64,000 bases of DNA from Eledone cirrhosa (taxonomy: Eukaryota), in the NCBI GenBank assembly GCA_964016885.1, contig OZ024762.1, positions 17,732,001 to 17,796,000 on the forward strand, given 5' to 3'. The position numbers and the translations under genes are program-made. Shown here in pieces: positions 13,890-27,245 of this stretch (its first letter is position 1; each line of letters starts with the position of its first letter). Under the pieces are notes generated by a model that was given only the letters and a program-made list of their open reading frames with translations, was not told where the DNA came from and searched no databases.

Positions 13890-14560
13890 TATAATATGAT
13901 ATATCATATTATAATACATTATATTATAATATAATATAAAATAAAGTACCAGTAATGCACTGGGATAATTGCTGGCCTTGTGCCAAAAGTAGAAATAATT
14001 ATATTATAATATAATATATGATATAATATAATATAATGTAATATTAAATATTATAATGATATGATATATTATAATATAATGTAATATATTATAATGGAAG
14101 ATGATATAATATAATATAATATAATATAATATTATATTATATCACATTAAATATTATAATTGTTTCTACTTTTGGCACAAGGCCAGCAATTTCCCAGTAC
14201 ATTACTGGTACTTTATTTTATCGACCCCGTAAGGATGAAAGCCAAAGTTAACCTCGGCGGGATTTGAACTCAGAACGTAAAGGTGCGTAACTCTTTGCTG
14301 CAAAGCATGGCGTCCGACCATTTAAACTGCCAATCCACCGATGCTATAATATAATATAATATAATATAATATAATATAATAGGATATAATATAATATAAT
14401 ATAACATATTATAATAGGATATAATATAACATATTATAATTGTTTCTACTTTTGGCACAAGGCCAGCAATTATCCCAGTACATTACTGGTACTTTATTTT
14501 ATCGACCCCTTATAATGTAACATAATATGGTATAATATATTATATTATAATATAATATAT
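13890..14560. repeat. (TAATA)n-like satellite containing three SINE S1 fragments
   Basis: SINE pieces at about 13940-14000 (+), 14158-14340 (-) and 14438-14510 (-). Confidence 0.8.
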
Positions 14561-14617
14561 ATAAGGTGCTATATTATCAGTGCTACTTATTAAGGAAGAC
14601 TCAACAATAACCGGTGT

Positions 14618-15747
14618 ACATGGTATTCCGGGGTTCCCATGGCACGGTCTAATTCAGGGGTTCCAATGGCACGGTCTAATTCAGGGGTTCCCATGGCACG
14701 GTCTAATTCAGGGATTCCCATGGCACGGTCTAATTCAGGGGTTCCCATGGCACGGTCTAATTCAGGGATTCCCATGGCACGGTCTAATTCAGGGGTTCCC
14801 ATGGCACGGTCTAATTCAGGGATTCCCATGGCACGGTCTAATTCCGGGGTTCCCATGGCACGGTCTAATTCAGGGGTTCCAATGGCACGGTCTAATTCAG
14901 GGGTTCCCATGGCACGGTCTAATTCAGGGATTCCCATGGCACGGTCTAATTCCGGGGTTCCCATGGCACGGTCTAATTCAGGGGTTCCCATGGCACGGTC
15001 TAATTCAGGGATTCCCATGGCACGGTCTAATTCAGGGGTTCCCATGGCACGGTCTAATTCAGGGATTCCCATGGCACGGTCTAATTCCGGGGTTCCCATG
15101 GCACGGTCTAATTCAGGGGTTCCAATGGCACGGTCTAATTCAGGGGTTCCCATGGCACGGTCTAATTCAGGGATTCCCATGGCACGGTCTAATTCAGGGG
15201 TTCCCATGGCACGGTCTAATTCAGGGATTCCCATGGCACGGTCTAATTCAGGGGTTCCCATGGCACGGTCTAATTCAGGGATTCCCATGGCACGGTCTAA
15301 TTCAGGGGTTCCCATGGCACGGTCTAATTCAGGGATTCCCATGGCACGGTCTAATTCAGGGGTTCCCATGGCACGGTCTAATTCAGGGATTCCCATGGCA
15401 CGGTCTAATTCAGGGGTTCCCATGGCACGGTCTAATTCAGGGATTCCCATGGCACGGTCTAATTCCGGGGTTCCCATGGCACGGTCTAATTCCGGGGTTC
15501 CCATGGCACGGTCTAATTCCGGAGTTCCCATGGCACGGTCTAATTCCGGAGTTCCCATGGCACGGTCTAATTCCGGGGTTCCCATGGCACGGTCTAATTC
15601 CGGGGTTCCCATGGCACGGTCTAATTCAGGGGTTCCCATTAGCACGGTCTAATTCCGGGGTACCCATGGCACGGTATAATTCAGGGGTTCCCATGGCACG
15701 GTCTAATTCAGGGGTTCCCATGGCACGGTCTAATTCAGGGGTTCCCA
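14618..15747 (+). repeat. 27-bp minisatellite (ggggttcccatggcacggtctaattca), ~42 copies
   Basis: Highly homogeneous tandem array. The long ORFs over it (GFPWHGLIQ / MARSNSGVP) are repeat artefacts. Confidence 0.97.
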
Positions 15748-17212
15748 ACTATATGTATCATACGGTCATTAGGAGAAACTCACTTAAAGTTAATTATTTA
15801 TGTAGTGAACATTTTGGCATCTTTCAATTGAAATAGCAATCAATAACACTGTATGTAACTTCCTCTATCAGTATACATTGTACCGACGGCATTCTCGGTA
15901 CCAGTTATTCACGGAATTTTCCTTACAACCTAACTAATAATTCTTCGTAGAAACCACCGCATATTTGCAGAATCGTAAATATTTCCGGCGATATTTTAAT
16001 GGCTATTTTCGTGGCAATATATATTTTTTCATGCTTTTTAACGCTAAATCATTAAGAACAATATACCATATTTTCCGGCCTATATTTTACGTTTGTTTTG
16101 ACGTTTATAAGCAGTTTTATGGATCACGTCCAATATTCGCGGCTTTTCGCTCTTCGGGGGTACAACTGTATTAAGTTTTTCTTAGTATCTGTAGTATCTT
16201 GTTTATTTACTTATATGAGTAGGTAATAATTGAAGAAGGAACAGTAACTTACAAATTTCCATGTCGACATAATGAAGCACAACTGTTTAACTGTTGAACC
16301 GAAGCGAGTATGTAATAATAACATTGAATGTAATTCCATGGCGACAGAAACAACTGTGTACTCCTCAAACTATACTTCGAACCTGTTGAATAGAATCGTG
16401 TACCCCTGTTCAGCTGAAGTATAATATAATAGGTACAAAACAGGAACACATATGAAACACGCGATTGTGATATGATTGGCTGTCGTTAAATAATTAAACA
16501 ATGACACAGCACTTGTTAGATAACAATCAATACGAGTTCAATACAGGACAGTATCCAGGAAAGAAAATGTTAAGTTAACCGAGCTTATTTAGTTTTTAAA
16601 ACAATTTACTTCGAAATGAGCAGGGGCTCCCAAATCTTTTTGGGTCATCGCCCACTTTCCCATGAAAACTATTCCACCACCCACCTGTATAGTAAATATT
16701 AAAAATAATACCAAAAATGTTTGGTAAAAGTTTGTTACTGGTTCCTTATTCCCATTTACCCTCCTGATGTTTTTTTTTATACAGGTTCTTTGCATATCTC
16801 CTTTGAATATTTGTTTCCGAGTAGCATATGTTGAAATATCTTCTTAATACTCAAAATCCTATATCGTCCACCAATCGCCTACCATTTTCTGTTCTAGAGC
16901 AAGTCGTGTCTTTTTTATCGACCTCGAATGGACGGAAGGCAAATTTGACCGCGACGAGATTTGAACTGAGAGAGCAGAGATATAGAGAAAGAATAGACCC
17001 CAGTATTTGACTGGTACTTTTCCATCGAATATATAGGTTCTTTGCATCTTATTTTCGGACAGCATATGTTGAATTACTTTCTTAATATTAAATATCCTAT
17101 ACCATCCACCAAAATATCAATCGCCCTCTATGTTCTGTTAAGTAACTCCCCGCCCACCCAGCAGTTGATATCACCCACCGGTGGGTGATATCACCCAGGT
17201 TAGGAAACCCTG
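15736..17212. mobile_element. Non-autonomous hAT (Charlie-like) element; alternative inner left end at 16621
   Basis: Left TIR-like caggggttcccaact (15736), second left end caggggctcccaaatcttttt (16621), right end ggttaggaaaccctg (17198-17212). The 8-bp flanks are gtctaatt / ttctaatt. Confidence 0.55.
15876..16168. mobile_element. Tigger/pogo-like MITE (TA-flanked)
   Basis: Homologous to 50375-50677. Ends in caactg|TA. Confidence 0.65.
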
Positions 17213-17329
17213 TTCTAATTCTCCATTAGTCGGGGGACAAAACTCAACTTGTAACCGTTAGTTGTTGTACCATAATGTGACACATGCTTGTATCTGTGTG
17301 TGTGTGTCTCCCTCTCTTATTGTCAGTAC

Positions 17330-17414
<85 letters not shown>

Positions 17415-17531
17415 ATAAAATGGGGAGAAAAATACTGCTGGTAGCACATGGATAACATGTAATAAAATAAGTCCCTCATCAGTGATTTGCCGACGATCAT
17501 AGATATTTCATTGCATTATATATATATATAT

Positions 17532-17716
17532 GAAAAAGTATGACCCCCGACGGTAGAGCTCAAGCCGTTTCGACGGCTATTTCCAGAAATAGCCGTCGAA
17601 ACGGCTTGAGCTCTGCCATCGGGGTCATACTTTTTCCTATTACCCACTCTACTACCCTAAGTATTGAGTACTCTGGTGCGTTATGGTCCATCTGGTTCCT
17701 TACCACACTTCCTTCG

Positions 17717-17719
<3 letters not shown>
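17532..17719. mobile_element. Fold-back HHR-half module, family F
   Basis: Near-perfect ~52-bp arms (17532-17583 / 17586-17636) plus an ~80-bp tail, flanked by (TA)n. Confidence 0.75.
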
Positions 17720-17761
<42 letters not shown>

Positions 17762-18215
17762 TCTCTCTTTCTCTCTCTATATATATATCACACACACACA
17801 CTCTCTCTTTCTCTCTCTGTATATATATCTGTATATATATCACACACACACACTCTCTCTCTCTCTCTGTATATATATATGTATGTATATGTGTGTGCGT
17901 GTGTTTATTTCCTGACTGTTTGCCTATAGAGAAACGGTGAGCTTACAGAAGTCGTCTGAAGACCGGAATTGTTCTTGTTATTGTTGTATAGTCACCTTCC
18001 CCACTTTATCTCCCCTGTTTATCCACTCTCCTATTTGTTCCTGTTTTGTCCCATTTTACACTTCTTTCATTACATTTGATTTATCACATATTCCAACACA
18101 ACACAGTACTCTCATCCCCCCCCCCCTCTCTCTCTCTCTATATATATATATATACGTCTGTATGTGTGCGCGTGTGTGTGTATGTATGTATGTAAAAGGT
18201 AAACAGAAATAAAAA

Positions 18216-18259
<44 letters not shown>

Positions 18260-18332
18260 ATATATGTATATATATGTTTGTATATATATATATATAATAT
18301 ATATACACACACCCACACATACACCCACACAC

Positions 18333-18369
<37 letters not shown>

Positions 18370-19400
18370 GAGATGAATAGAAAGAGAGAGAAAGAGAGAG
18401 AGAGAGGGAGGGAGAGAGAGAAAACAGAGACAGTGAGATTATGAGAGAGTGAGTGTGAGGGTGTGAGAGTGAGTGAGTGAATGGTAATTAGTAAAAACAA
18501 ACGAAAAGAAAGGAGAAAAAAAAAAATAAACAAAACAATGAAAACAACAAAGAAAAAAAACGAAAAAACAAAAAAACAAAAACAAAAAAATGCAAAAACA
18601 TGAAAACAAGAAAAAAAAAATTTAAACAACATAAAAAGGAGAAACCTAGAAAATTGGTGAAAAACAATTTCTATAGGTTTCCGTTTTATTCTAGAAGATA
18701 CATATGTTGGAAATATTAGGTTGGGGTGTGGGAGTGGTGAAATACTGCTGGTGTGAGAGAGTAGGGCGGAAATACAGAATGTTAGATGATAGAGATGATG
18801 GTGGGGGTGGGGGAGAGTGTGTGTGTGTGTGTATGAGAGAGAGACAGAGAGAGAGAGAGAGGGGGGGGGTGAGTGTGTGTGTGTATGTATGAGAGAGTGT
18901 GTGTGTGTATGAGAGAGAGTGTGTGTGTGTGAGAGAGAGTGTGTATGAGAGAGAGGGGAGAGAGTGAGTGTGTGTGTATGAGAGAGTGTGTGTGTGTGTG
19001 TGTGAGAGAGTGTGTGTGTGTGTGTGAGAGAGTGTGTATGAGAGAGAGACAAACAGAGAGAGGGGGGAGAGAGTGAGTGTGTGTGTGTGTATGAGAGAGA
19101 GTGTGTGTGTGTGTATGTGTGAGAGAGAATGTGTGTGTGTGAGAGAGAGTGTGTATGAGAGAGAGACAAACAGGGAGAGGGGGAGAGAGCGAGTGTGTGT
19201 GTGTGAGAGAGAATGTGTGTGCGTAAGAGAGAGTGTGTGTGAGTGTGTGAGAGAGAGAGACAAACAGAGAGAGGGGGCGAGAGAGTGTGTGTGTGTGTGC
19301 GTGTGAATGTGTGAGTGAGAGGGAGAGAGAGCGAAAGAGAGAGAGAGAGGGTGAGGGAGATAGTGAAAGTGTGAGAGAGGGAGAGAGAGAGAGAATGAGG

Positions 19401-19431
<31 letters not shown>

Positions 19432-19619
19432 TGAGAGAGAAAATAAGATAATTTATTTTTTTAAATTGAAAAATGGCCGATTATAAGACAAAATGAAAAA
19501 TGTTTCATTCCGTAACAAATTGACTGCAGATTGTAACAGGACCGTTTTATGTCATATTGTGAGAGGAAGGAAGTGAGTGTTAAACTTCCGGTGTGTCTGT
19601 GTAGGTGTATGTGTGTGTC

Positions 19620-19654
<35 letters not shown>

Positions 19655-20329
19655 TGTATATGTGTGTGTCTGTGTGTAGGTGTGTGTGTCTGTGTGTGTG
19701 TGTGTGTGATGTGTATGTGTGTGTGTATGTCTATGTCTCTGTGTGTGTATGTATGAGTGTGTGTGTGTGTATGTCTGTGTGTGTGTATGTGTGTGTGTGT
19801 ATGTGTGTGTCTGTATGTGTGTGTCTGTGTGTGTGATGTATATGTGTGTGTCTGTATGTGTAGGTGTGATGTGTCTGTGTGTGTGATGTGTATGTCTGTG
19901 TCTCTGTGTATGTATGTATGAGTGTGTGTGTGTGTATGTCTGTGTGTGTGTGTATGTGTGTGTGTGTATGTACATGTATGTGTGTGCGTGCGCGCGCATA
20001 TAAATTGTGTGAAAAACGCACTGATTTTCGTTACTTGTTTCAACATATTTTATCACTTCAAGATATGTTTTAAAATGTTGTTGTTATTGTTGTTGTTGGT
20101 GGTGGTGTATGTGTTGTTGTTGATGTCGTTTTTGTTGTTGTTGTTGGAGTTAGTGTAGGTGTTGTTGTTGGTGGTGCATGTGTTGTTGTTGGTGTCGTTT
20201 TTGTTGATGTTTCTGATGGTACTGTTGCTGTTATTGTCGTTGTCACCATATTACTAAATCCCTTCAAAACTAATTTGAAAATTAAAGGGAGTGGCTTTCA
20301 TTAGAAATATGGCAACGAAAACGTTACAG

Positions 20330-20563
20330 TGTTTATATTTATCTAAAAACCTTCCACCAATAATTTTATGTCAGAATCTTTGTTAAGTTATGTTCCAAAC
20401 ATGATATAAATAACGAGAAAGTTAATAATTTTATTAAACCATTTAAATTCTTGATTATTTCCAAAACGAATTGTAGAAAATGACTTTCGTTAAAAATACG
20501 GTAATCAAATGGTTAATGGCAAAAGCGGTGTTTTCATTAGAAATATGGCAATGAAAGGGTTAA
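20330..20563. mobile_element. piggyBac-like MITE end
   Basis: Terminates in agaaatatggcaatgaaaggg|TTAA, the GGG-TTAA terminus typical of piggyBac. Confidence 0.5.
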
Positions 20564-21232
20564 AGACATAGACAGTGTCTTTCATTAGAAATATGGTAAT
20601 GAATGGTTAAACATAGGTAGTGCCTTTCATTAGAAATATGGCAATGAAAGGGTTAAATATAGGTAGTGTCTTTCAGTTAAACATAGGTAGTGTCTTTCAT
20701 TAGAAATATGTTAATGAAAGGGTTAAACATAGGCAGTGTTTTTCATTAGAGATATGGCAATGAAAGGGTTAAACATAGGCAGTGGTTTTCATTAGAGATA
20801 TGGTAATGAAAGGGTTAAACATAGGTAGTGCCTTTCATTAGAAATATGGTAATGAAAGGGTTAAACATAGGTAGTGCCTTTCATTAGAAATATGGTAATG
20901 AAAGGGTTAAACATAGGCAGTGCCTTTCATTAGAAATATAGTAATGAAATGGTTAAACATAGGCAGTGTCTTTAATTAGAAATATAGTAATGAAAGGGTT
21001 AAACATAGGCAGGGTCTTTAATTAGAAATATGGTAATGAAAGGGTTAAACATAGGCAGTGTTTTTCATTAGAGATATGGCAATGAAAGAGTTAAACATAG
21101 GCAGTGTTTTTTATTAGAGATATGGCAATGAAAGGGTTAAACATAGGCAGTGGTTTTCATTAGAGATATGGCAATGAAAGGGTTAAACATAGGCAGTGTT
21201 TTTCATTAGAAATATGGTAATGAAAAGGTTTA
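20525..21232 (+). repeat. 46-bp minisatellite (tttcattagaaatatggtaatgaaagggttaaacataggcagtgyy), ~15 copies
   Basis: Unit starts at 20833 and 20879 give a 46-bp period. Each unit has an internal inverted repeat tttcatta/taatgaaa. Confidence 0.95.
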
Positions 21233-21739
21233 GATGTGGAAGAGTACAAGACGAGACGGCAGTTGGCTACAGGGTGAATTACCAACTTATTTTCAGCTGA
21301 ATGATCCGGAGAAACCCGAAAAGAAGTGTTGTGTTCAAGGAAACAATACAGTACACATTCTTGGAATCGAACTCACGACCTTGTAATCGCGCGTCCTGTA
21401 ATGTATCTATTATATACATCAGAAGCTGTCCAAAGTATTTCTTCAGTATTTGAAGGTAACATTACACATACACAAACACACAAAAGCACGCACAAACGAT
21501 ATTATGCTTGTATGTTTATAATAAATATAAGGTATAAATCCATTTCCTTCTGAAGACAACACACATCAGACACAAACATACAATCATATACACACACACA
21601 CACACTTGACACATAAACACACACACAAACCTACAAAACACACACACACATACATGCACACCACACACACACACATACACGCACACAAATACACACACAT
21701 ACGAACATACAAAATATAATGGTTCATGTTTTTGGAAGG

Positions 21740-22140
21740 ACTACTACTACTACTACTACTACTACTACTGCTGCTGCTACTATTACTACTACTACTACTG
21801 CTTCTCCTCCTACTACTACTACTGCTGCTCCTACTACTACTACTACTACTACTTCAACCACCGCCGCAGCCACCATCAACACCAACATTACTACTATCAC
21901 TACAATAACCAACACACCACCACCACCAGCAACACAACACCACTACTACCACCACCATTACACCACCACCACCACAAGCACCACCACCACTATCACCACC
22001 ACCAGTAACACCACCACCACCACCACCACCACCAGCACCACCACCACCACCAGCACCACTATCACCACCACCACCACCACCACCACCACTACAACCACCA
22101 CCGCCGCCACAACCACCACCACCACCACTACCACAACAGT
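21740..22140 (+). repeat. (ACT)n/(ACC)n trinucleotide microsatellite
   Basis: Direct reading. Confidence 0.95.
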
Positions 22141-22232
22141 GTAAACTGTGACATACCAAAAATATTTCCTACACAATGTCTTGAAGTGATGGCACTGTGT
22201 TGAGACAGAGAGAGAGAGAGAGAGAGAGCGAG

Positions 22233-22267
<35 letters not shown>

Positions 22268-22751
22268 GTGGTGGTGGTGGTTGATGTAGTAGTGGTGGGG
22301 TAATGGGAGAGAGTGAGTGAGGGTGAAAGAGAGAGATAGGGAGAGAGAAGGAAACGGAAGAGAGAGAGAGATAATAGAATAGGGAGGAGAAAGAGAGGGG
22401 AGAGAGAGGGGAAAGAGAGGGGAGAGAGAGGGGAAAGAGAGGGGAGAGAGAGAGGAGAAAGAGGAGAGTGAGGGGTGATAGAGGTAGGGGGAAGGAAGTG
22501 AGGAAGGGGAGGGAGAAAAGGATGTGTCGAAAGTCACATGCTTCTCAGTGAATGTTTTTCAATAAGTAAAGGTGTGTGTTTATGTAACTTAACACCCTTA
22601 TGTATGTATGTATGTATGTATGTATGTATGTATGTATGTATGTATGTATGTATGTATGTATGTATGTATGTATGTATGTATGTATAGGTATGTATGTATG
22701 TATGTATGTATGTATGTATGTATGTATGTATGTATGTATGTATGTATGTAT

Positions 22752-23070
22752 GTCAGGGCGCTCTTCGGCGCTACTGGTAACATGTAACCCAGCACACCAT
22801 AGTCGGGTCGTCGACGACTAAACCGGTAACCCCACCAAGCTTGCTTGGTGAGGAGGGGGATTTTGGACACCCTGCAGTATGAAAAACAAAACCCGTCATA
22901 GGGTGGAGGAACTCACAAGAGTCAACGGCCATCCAATAAAGTTTTGTTTTTTTGTGGAGCGTGAGACTCCTAGCCTTAAGACATCTCTATAGGAGGAGGT
23001 CACTCTGATATAAAACCTGCGACTTCGTTTGCATCCAATGATGTAGACCAGTTCTTCTTTGGGGCCAAAT
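22752..23070 (+). mobile_element. RTE-UTR-like element, 5' part (diverged copy)
   Basis: gctactggtaacatgtaacccag...ttggtgaggagggg..ttttggacaccctgcag...gagtcaacggccatcc, following (TATG)n. Confidence 0.75.
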
Positions 23071-23074
23071 GCAT

Positions 23075-23900
23075 TTCATGAGTGAAACAACATCACAAAC
23101 ACACGAGGAAAGAGAAAGGATCCTTAATACTTACATGATGATGTGGACTGACATCCTAAGACCAAACAGACGTACGGCCAATAACTTCCAGGCCTCTATC
23201 AATGACATACCACCCCTGTATGGACTCCGCAAAGACTATAAAACAGCTATTGACCCTATCACAGGACCACCAACAAGACCTGGGGAGCCAATATTGCTAG
23301 CAACTACAGAATCTCTTACATCCTCTCTATGATTGTACGTCCCATAATTAAGATGTCTCCAGATGTGTGTGACAGCAGAGAGGACCTCCTCAGTAGAATC
23401 AACGATGTAGAATCATTGATGTTGATTTTGCTGAGGAAAAATGTGTGGAGATAATCAGTGAGAGTGAAGTAGAGTTCTGTGACATTGACATAGACGAACT
23501 GGGCCTTCTACTTAGACGTATATGTGATAGAGAATATCTAGACAATTATGACCGTAACAGTTTCTGCTTCAGTAGATCAATAAGTGGTAGACCCCCCCCC
23601 CATAACTTCGATGGCAAAAAAGACTCCCATAGGAAGATGGAATGGGTGGACCAAAGCCATACAGACACCCGAGAACAATAATCAGACGAGAAAGATGATC
23701 GTACATGCGGTAGGGGCTAGTACTAAAACTACTCTAAAGGGCCACACATTCAAATTTAATAAGAAAACATACATCCAAGATGAAGGACCAGCCATCAGGA
23801 AAGGAGACTCAAAGAACGCCTAGTAGAGAACTCCTTAGCCTTCATCATGTACTCTCGTTGTGTAGATGACATTTGTATAGTAATAAAAACACCCTCACAA
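23075..23900 (+). pseudogene. Second, heavily decayed Penelope-like RT fragment
   Basis: NDIPPLYGLRKDYK...GPPTRP, HTFKFNKKTYIQDEGPAI, MYSRCVDDICIV (YxRYVDD-like). Confidence 0.75.
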
Positions 23901-23970
23901 GAGAGTACCAATAAACCGTTGCATTTTTTCAGGGTATGTCAATATTTATTTATAAAACTAATCTATATTA

Positions 23971-24036
23971 TATTTTATCTGATGAAAGCGCACCATAAAC
24001 TGCTTTGGTGGCTCTTGAAATATGTATAATGAAATA
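23971..24036 (+). ncRNA. Minimal type-I hammerhead ribozyme motif (family A) in pLTR-like segment ~23910-24170
   Basis: tattttat-CTGATGA-aagcgcacca[taaactgctt]tggtggctctt-GAAA-tatgta-TA^-atgaaata. Confidence 0.72.
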
Positions 24037-24166
24037 AATATGGTTTTATAAATATAGTTTCCATTTGTTAATATATTGTTTATTTACTCCAATTTTGTTG
24101 AGTGCTTTATATCAGTTATAAAAATATTTTGCTGTTGTATCCCAACAAATTAAATATAACCTCTAC

Positions 24167-24215
<49 letters not shown>

Positions 24216-24293
24216 AACACATATACACGCAATACTAACAAGCATTCTACAACATCAGACAAAACTAATACAAACAGACGCGCGCACACATAG

Positions 24294-24362
<69 letters not shown>

Positions 24363-24433
24363 CACAAGTACACGGCACTAACAAGCTTTCTACAGTTCTA
24401 CAGTCTCAGGATAAAAGCGTCTGTGTGTATGTT

Positions 24434-24472
<39 letters not shown>

Positions 24473-25441
24473 CTGCGTGTATCTTTGTGTGTGTGTGTGT
24501 CTGCGTGTATGTTTGTGTGTGTGTCTGAGTGTATGTTTGTGCGCGTGTGTGTGTCTGCGTGTATGTTTGTGTGTGTGTGTGTGGGGAGGCGATGTATGAA
24601 TGTCTGTACGTATATGTCAATATATGAGAATGTGTAGTTATATGTCTGTGAGTGTATATAAGTGTGTGTATGTAAGTGTGTGTATATGTATTGTGTGTGT
24701 GTGTGTTTGTGAGTGTATGTAAGTGTGTGTGTATATGTATTGTGTGTGCGTGCGTATGTTTGTGAGTGTATGTATTGTGTGTGTATGTGTGTGTAAGTTT
24801 GTGAGTGTATATAAGTGTGTGTATGTGTGCGTGTGTTGTGTATGTGTGTATGTTTGTGAGTGTATGTAAGTGTGTGTGTATGTATTGTGTGTGTGTGTGT
24901 ATGTTTATGAGTGTATGTAAGTGTATGTGTGTGTGTGTGTGTGTTTGTGAGTGTATGTAAATGTATGTATGTATGTGTATATTTGTGAGTGTATGTAAGT
25001 GTATGTATGTATGTGTGTGTGTGTATGTTTGTGAGTGTATGTAAGTGTACGTAAGTGTGTGTATGTGTTCAAACATCAAGAGTTGGGTAATATTTGGAAT
25101 GTCTTAGCAACACATGAGTAAATGAGAAAAAACCCAACTAAAACCTAAACAAGAACAACTTTCTTATCATGTGACCAAATCTAAATAAACTTGTCAAAGT
25201 TCTCTTTCAATGGATCAAATGTATGTTTATAACAGGACTGGAACTGTTTTCTATATCTCCCTTCCACACTTCTACTGTTCTACACTTCGACAATCATCAG
25301 CCTAGTCTTCTTCTTATTATTATTATTCTTCTTCTCTAAATTATAACCATATCAGTTGGTATAGCCCTTGGTTGCGCAAACAACCATTTAACGGACTTTT
25401 ATGTTTCAATAAAAGTACACCCCCCCCCCACACACACACAT

Positions 25442-25475
<34 letters not shown>

Positions 25476-25711
25476 GAAAAACAAGGGGAAGAAGAATACT
25501 GCTTGGTTGCACATGGATTACATATAAAATTAGTCCCTCATCAGTGATTTGCCAACCATCATTGGTATTTCATCGCATTAAAAATCAGATACCTCAGGTT
25601 GGTGCGAGCAATAACTAAAATAAGCTATTGGGACAAGTGAAACGCGTAAAGCGAGTGAGACAAGTAAACAACAGAAGGAAAAGCAAACCGAAGATATATA
25701 TATATATATAC

Positions 25712-26260
25712 AGTAGTGGAAGTTAGCTGCCCAGCAGAAGTCAATATGATATTAAAGATTAGTGGAAAGGAGAATATCTATGAAGAACTAATGAGAAATC
25801 TGCAGATATTCCACCCTGACTATACCTTCAGATTTATACCTGTGATTATTGGGGCACTGGGATATGTTAGTAACTACCTAAATACAAATCTTGAGAAGCT
25901 GGGCTTCACAGGAACAGAAAGAACACGACTATTTAGGAAATTACAAGTACAATCCATTAATGGAACAGTAAAAATCTGAAAAACATTCCAAAAATTCTGC
26001 ATCTAATAACTGCATATACACATGTACAGATACAAAACATATACACATGCATACATATAACTGAAAACATCGACATCCACGAATACAATAACATCCATAC
26101 AATAATATCCATACCTGCACACACATGCAGACATTCAGGCATGCATACATATCTACCTAGTTGATGTGTAACTCCCAATGCGAAAGTCTTGTATCTATGT
26201 TAGAAACTGACTCTCTCTTTATTGGTAAAAATTTATAAAATTATAAAACCAGAAGAAAAT
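25712..26260 (+). pseudogene. R4/Dong-like non-LTR retrotransposon 3' fragment (restriction-like endonuclease tail + 3'UTR)
   Basis: VEVSCPAEVNM..KISGKENIYEELMRNLQ...FRFIPVIIGALG matches the E-V-S-C-P...K..Y...IP(I/V)(V/I)IGALG pattern of RLE-type elements. Confidence 0.75.
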
Positions 26261-26334
26261 ACATACAGAGAAACGCGTGTATGTATGTATATAGGTAGGG
26301 TAAGTTGGGTGTAAGTAGGTATGTATGTATGTAT

Positions 26335-26928
26335 GGTGCTACTGGTAACATGTATCCCTGTACAACCTGTCTCATGGTCGGGTCGTTGGCGACTAAACTG
26401 GCAACCCCACCAACGTTTCTTGGTGAGGAGGGTGACTTTGGACATCCTGCAGGACTAAAAACAAAACCTGTCAAAGGGCAAAGGAGCTCTTAAGAGTCAA
26501 TGGCCATCCAAAATCACCGGGAGAGATGACCCCTTAGCCTTTGTCAAGGCAGAATTCTAGGAGAAGGAAAACTCTGATATAACACCTGCAACCCTGATGG
26601 TATCCAATGATGTTGACTTGTTCTTCTTTTTGGTAAATATCATCTTGGTTAAGAGAGTGGGACTGGCTTTGTGCAGTGCCTTTGCTCACTATAAAAGCTT
26701 CACGGCACAGGCATTGCTTTATATCTGGAGATCTCTCTGCACTTGTCATCACATGGTACCATAGGCCCAGCAATATGTGTCAATAATTGTCACAAGTGTA
26801 GTGTTTGTACCAGAGTTTTCAAGTCGCTGGCTGGACTAAAAAGTCACACTCGTTCAGCGCATCGGTAGGGGTTCTCCTACATGGATATAAAGTAGTGGCC
26901 GTACTCGAAAACGAGTTGGCAGCCACCA
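26335..26928 (+). mobile_element. RTE-UTR-like non-autonomous element, subfamily 2
   Basis: Has the same 5' module and ctaggagaaggaaaactctga, and ends gagttggcagccacca + (TGTA)n. Homologous to 36625-36947 (-) and 47146-47601. Confidence 0.8.
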
Positions 26929-26985
26929 TGTATGTATGTATGTATGTATGTACGTAAAAATATATGAACGCATGTACGTACGTAC

Positions 26986-27016
<31 letters not shown>

Positions 27017-27037
27017 CGTATGTATGTATGTACGTAT

Positions 27038-27245
27038 GTCGGGTCACTCTTGAGTTCTACTGTTAACATGTAACCCAGAACAACCTGTCGCATGGTCGGG
27101 ACGTCGCCGACTAAACCTGCAACACCACCAAGTTTATTTGGTCATGAGGGTGTTTTTGGACACCCTGCAAGACAAAAAACAAAACCTGACAAAGGGCGGA
27201 AGAACTCATAAGAGTCAACAGCCATACAAAAATGTGTAAATATGT
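27038..27245 (+). mobile_element. RTE-UTR-like element 5' module
   Basis: Near-match to 12567-12765. Confidence 0.8.

Noticed and set aside
14580-15836. 418-aa GFPWHGLIQ repeat protein, or a CRISPR-like array
   Set aside because: The 27-bp unit is a multiple of 3 and open in several frames on both strands. There are no unique spacers or cas genes, and a transposon-end origin explains the unit.
17412-17520. Possible type-II hammerhead (minus: GAAA-tatc-TA-tgat...atca-CTGATGA; homologue at 25475-25600)
   Set aside because: Stem II cannot form (gggac versus gcaat/gcgat), and the homologue lacks the UH site.
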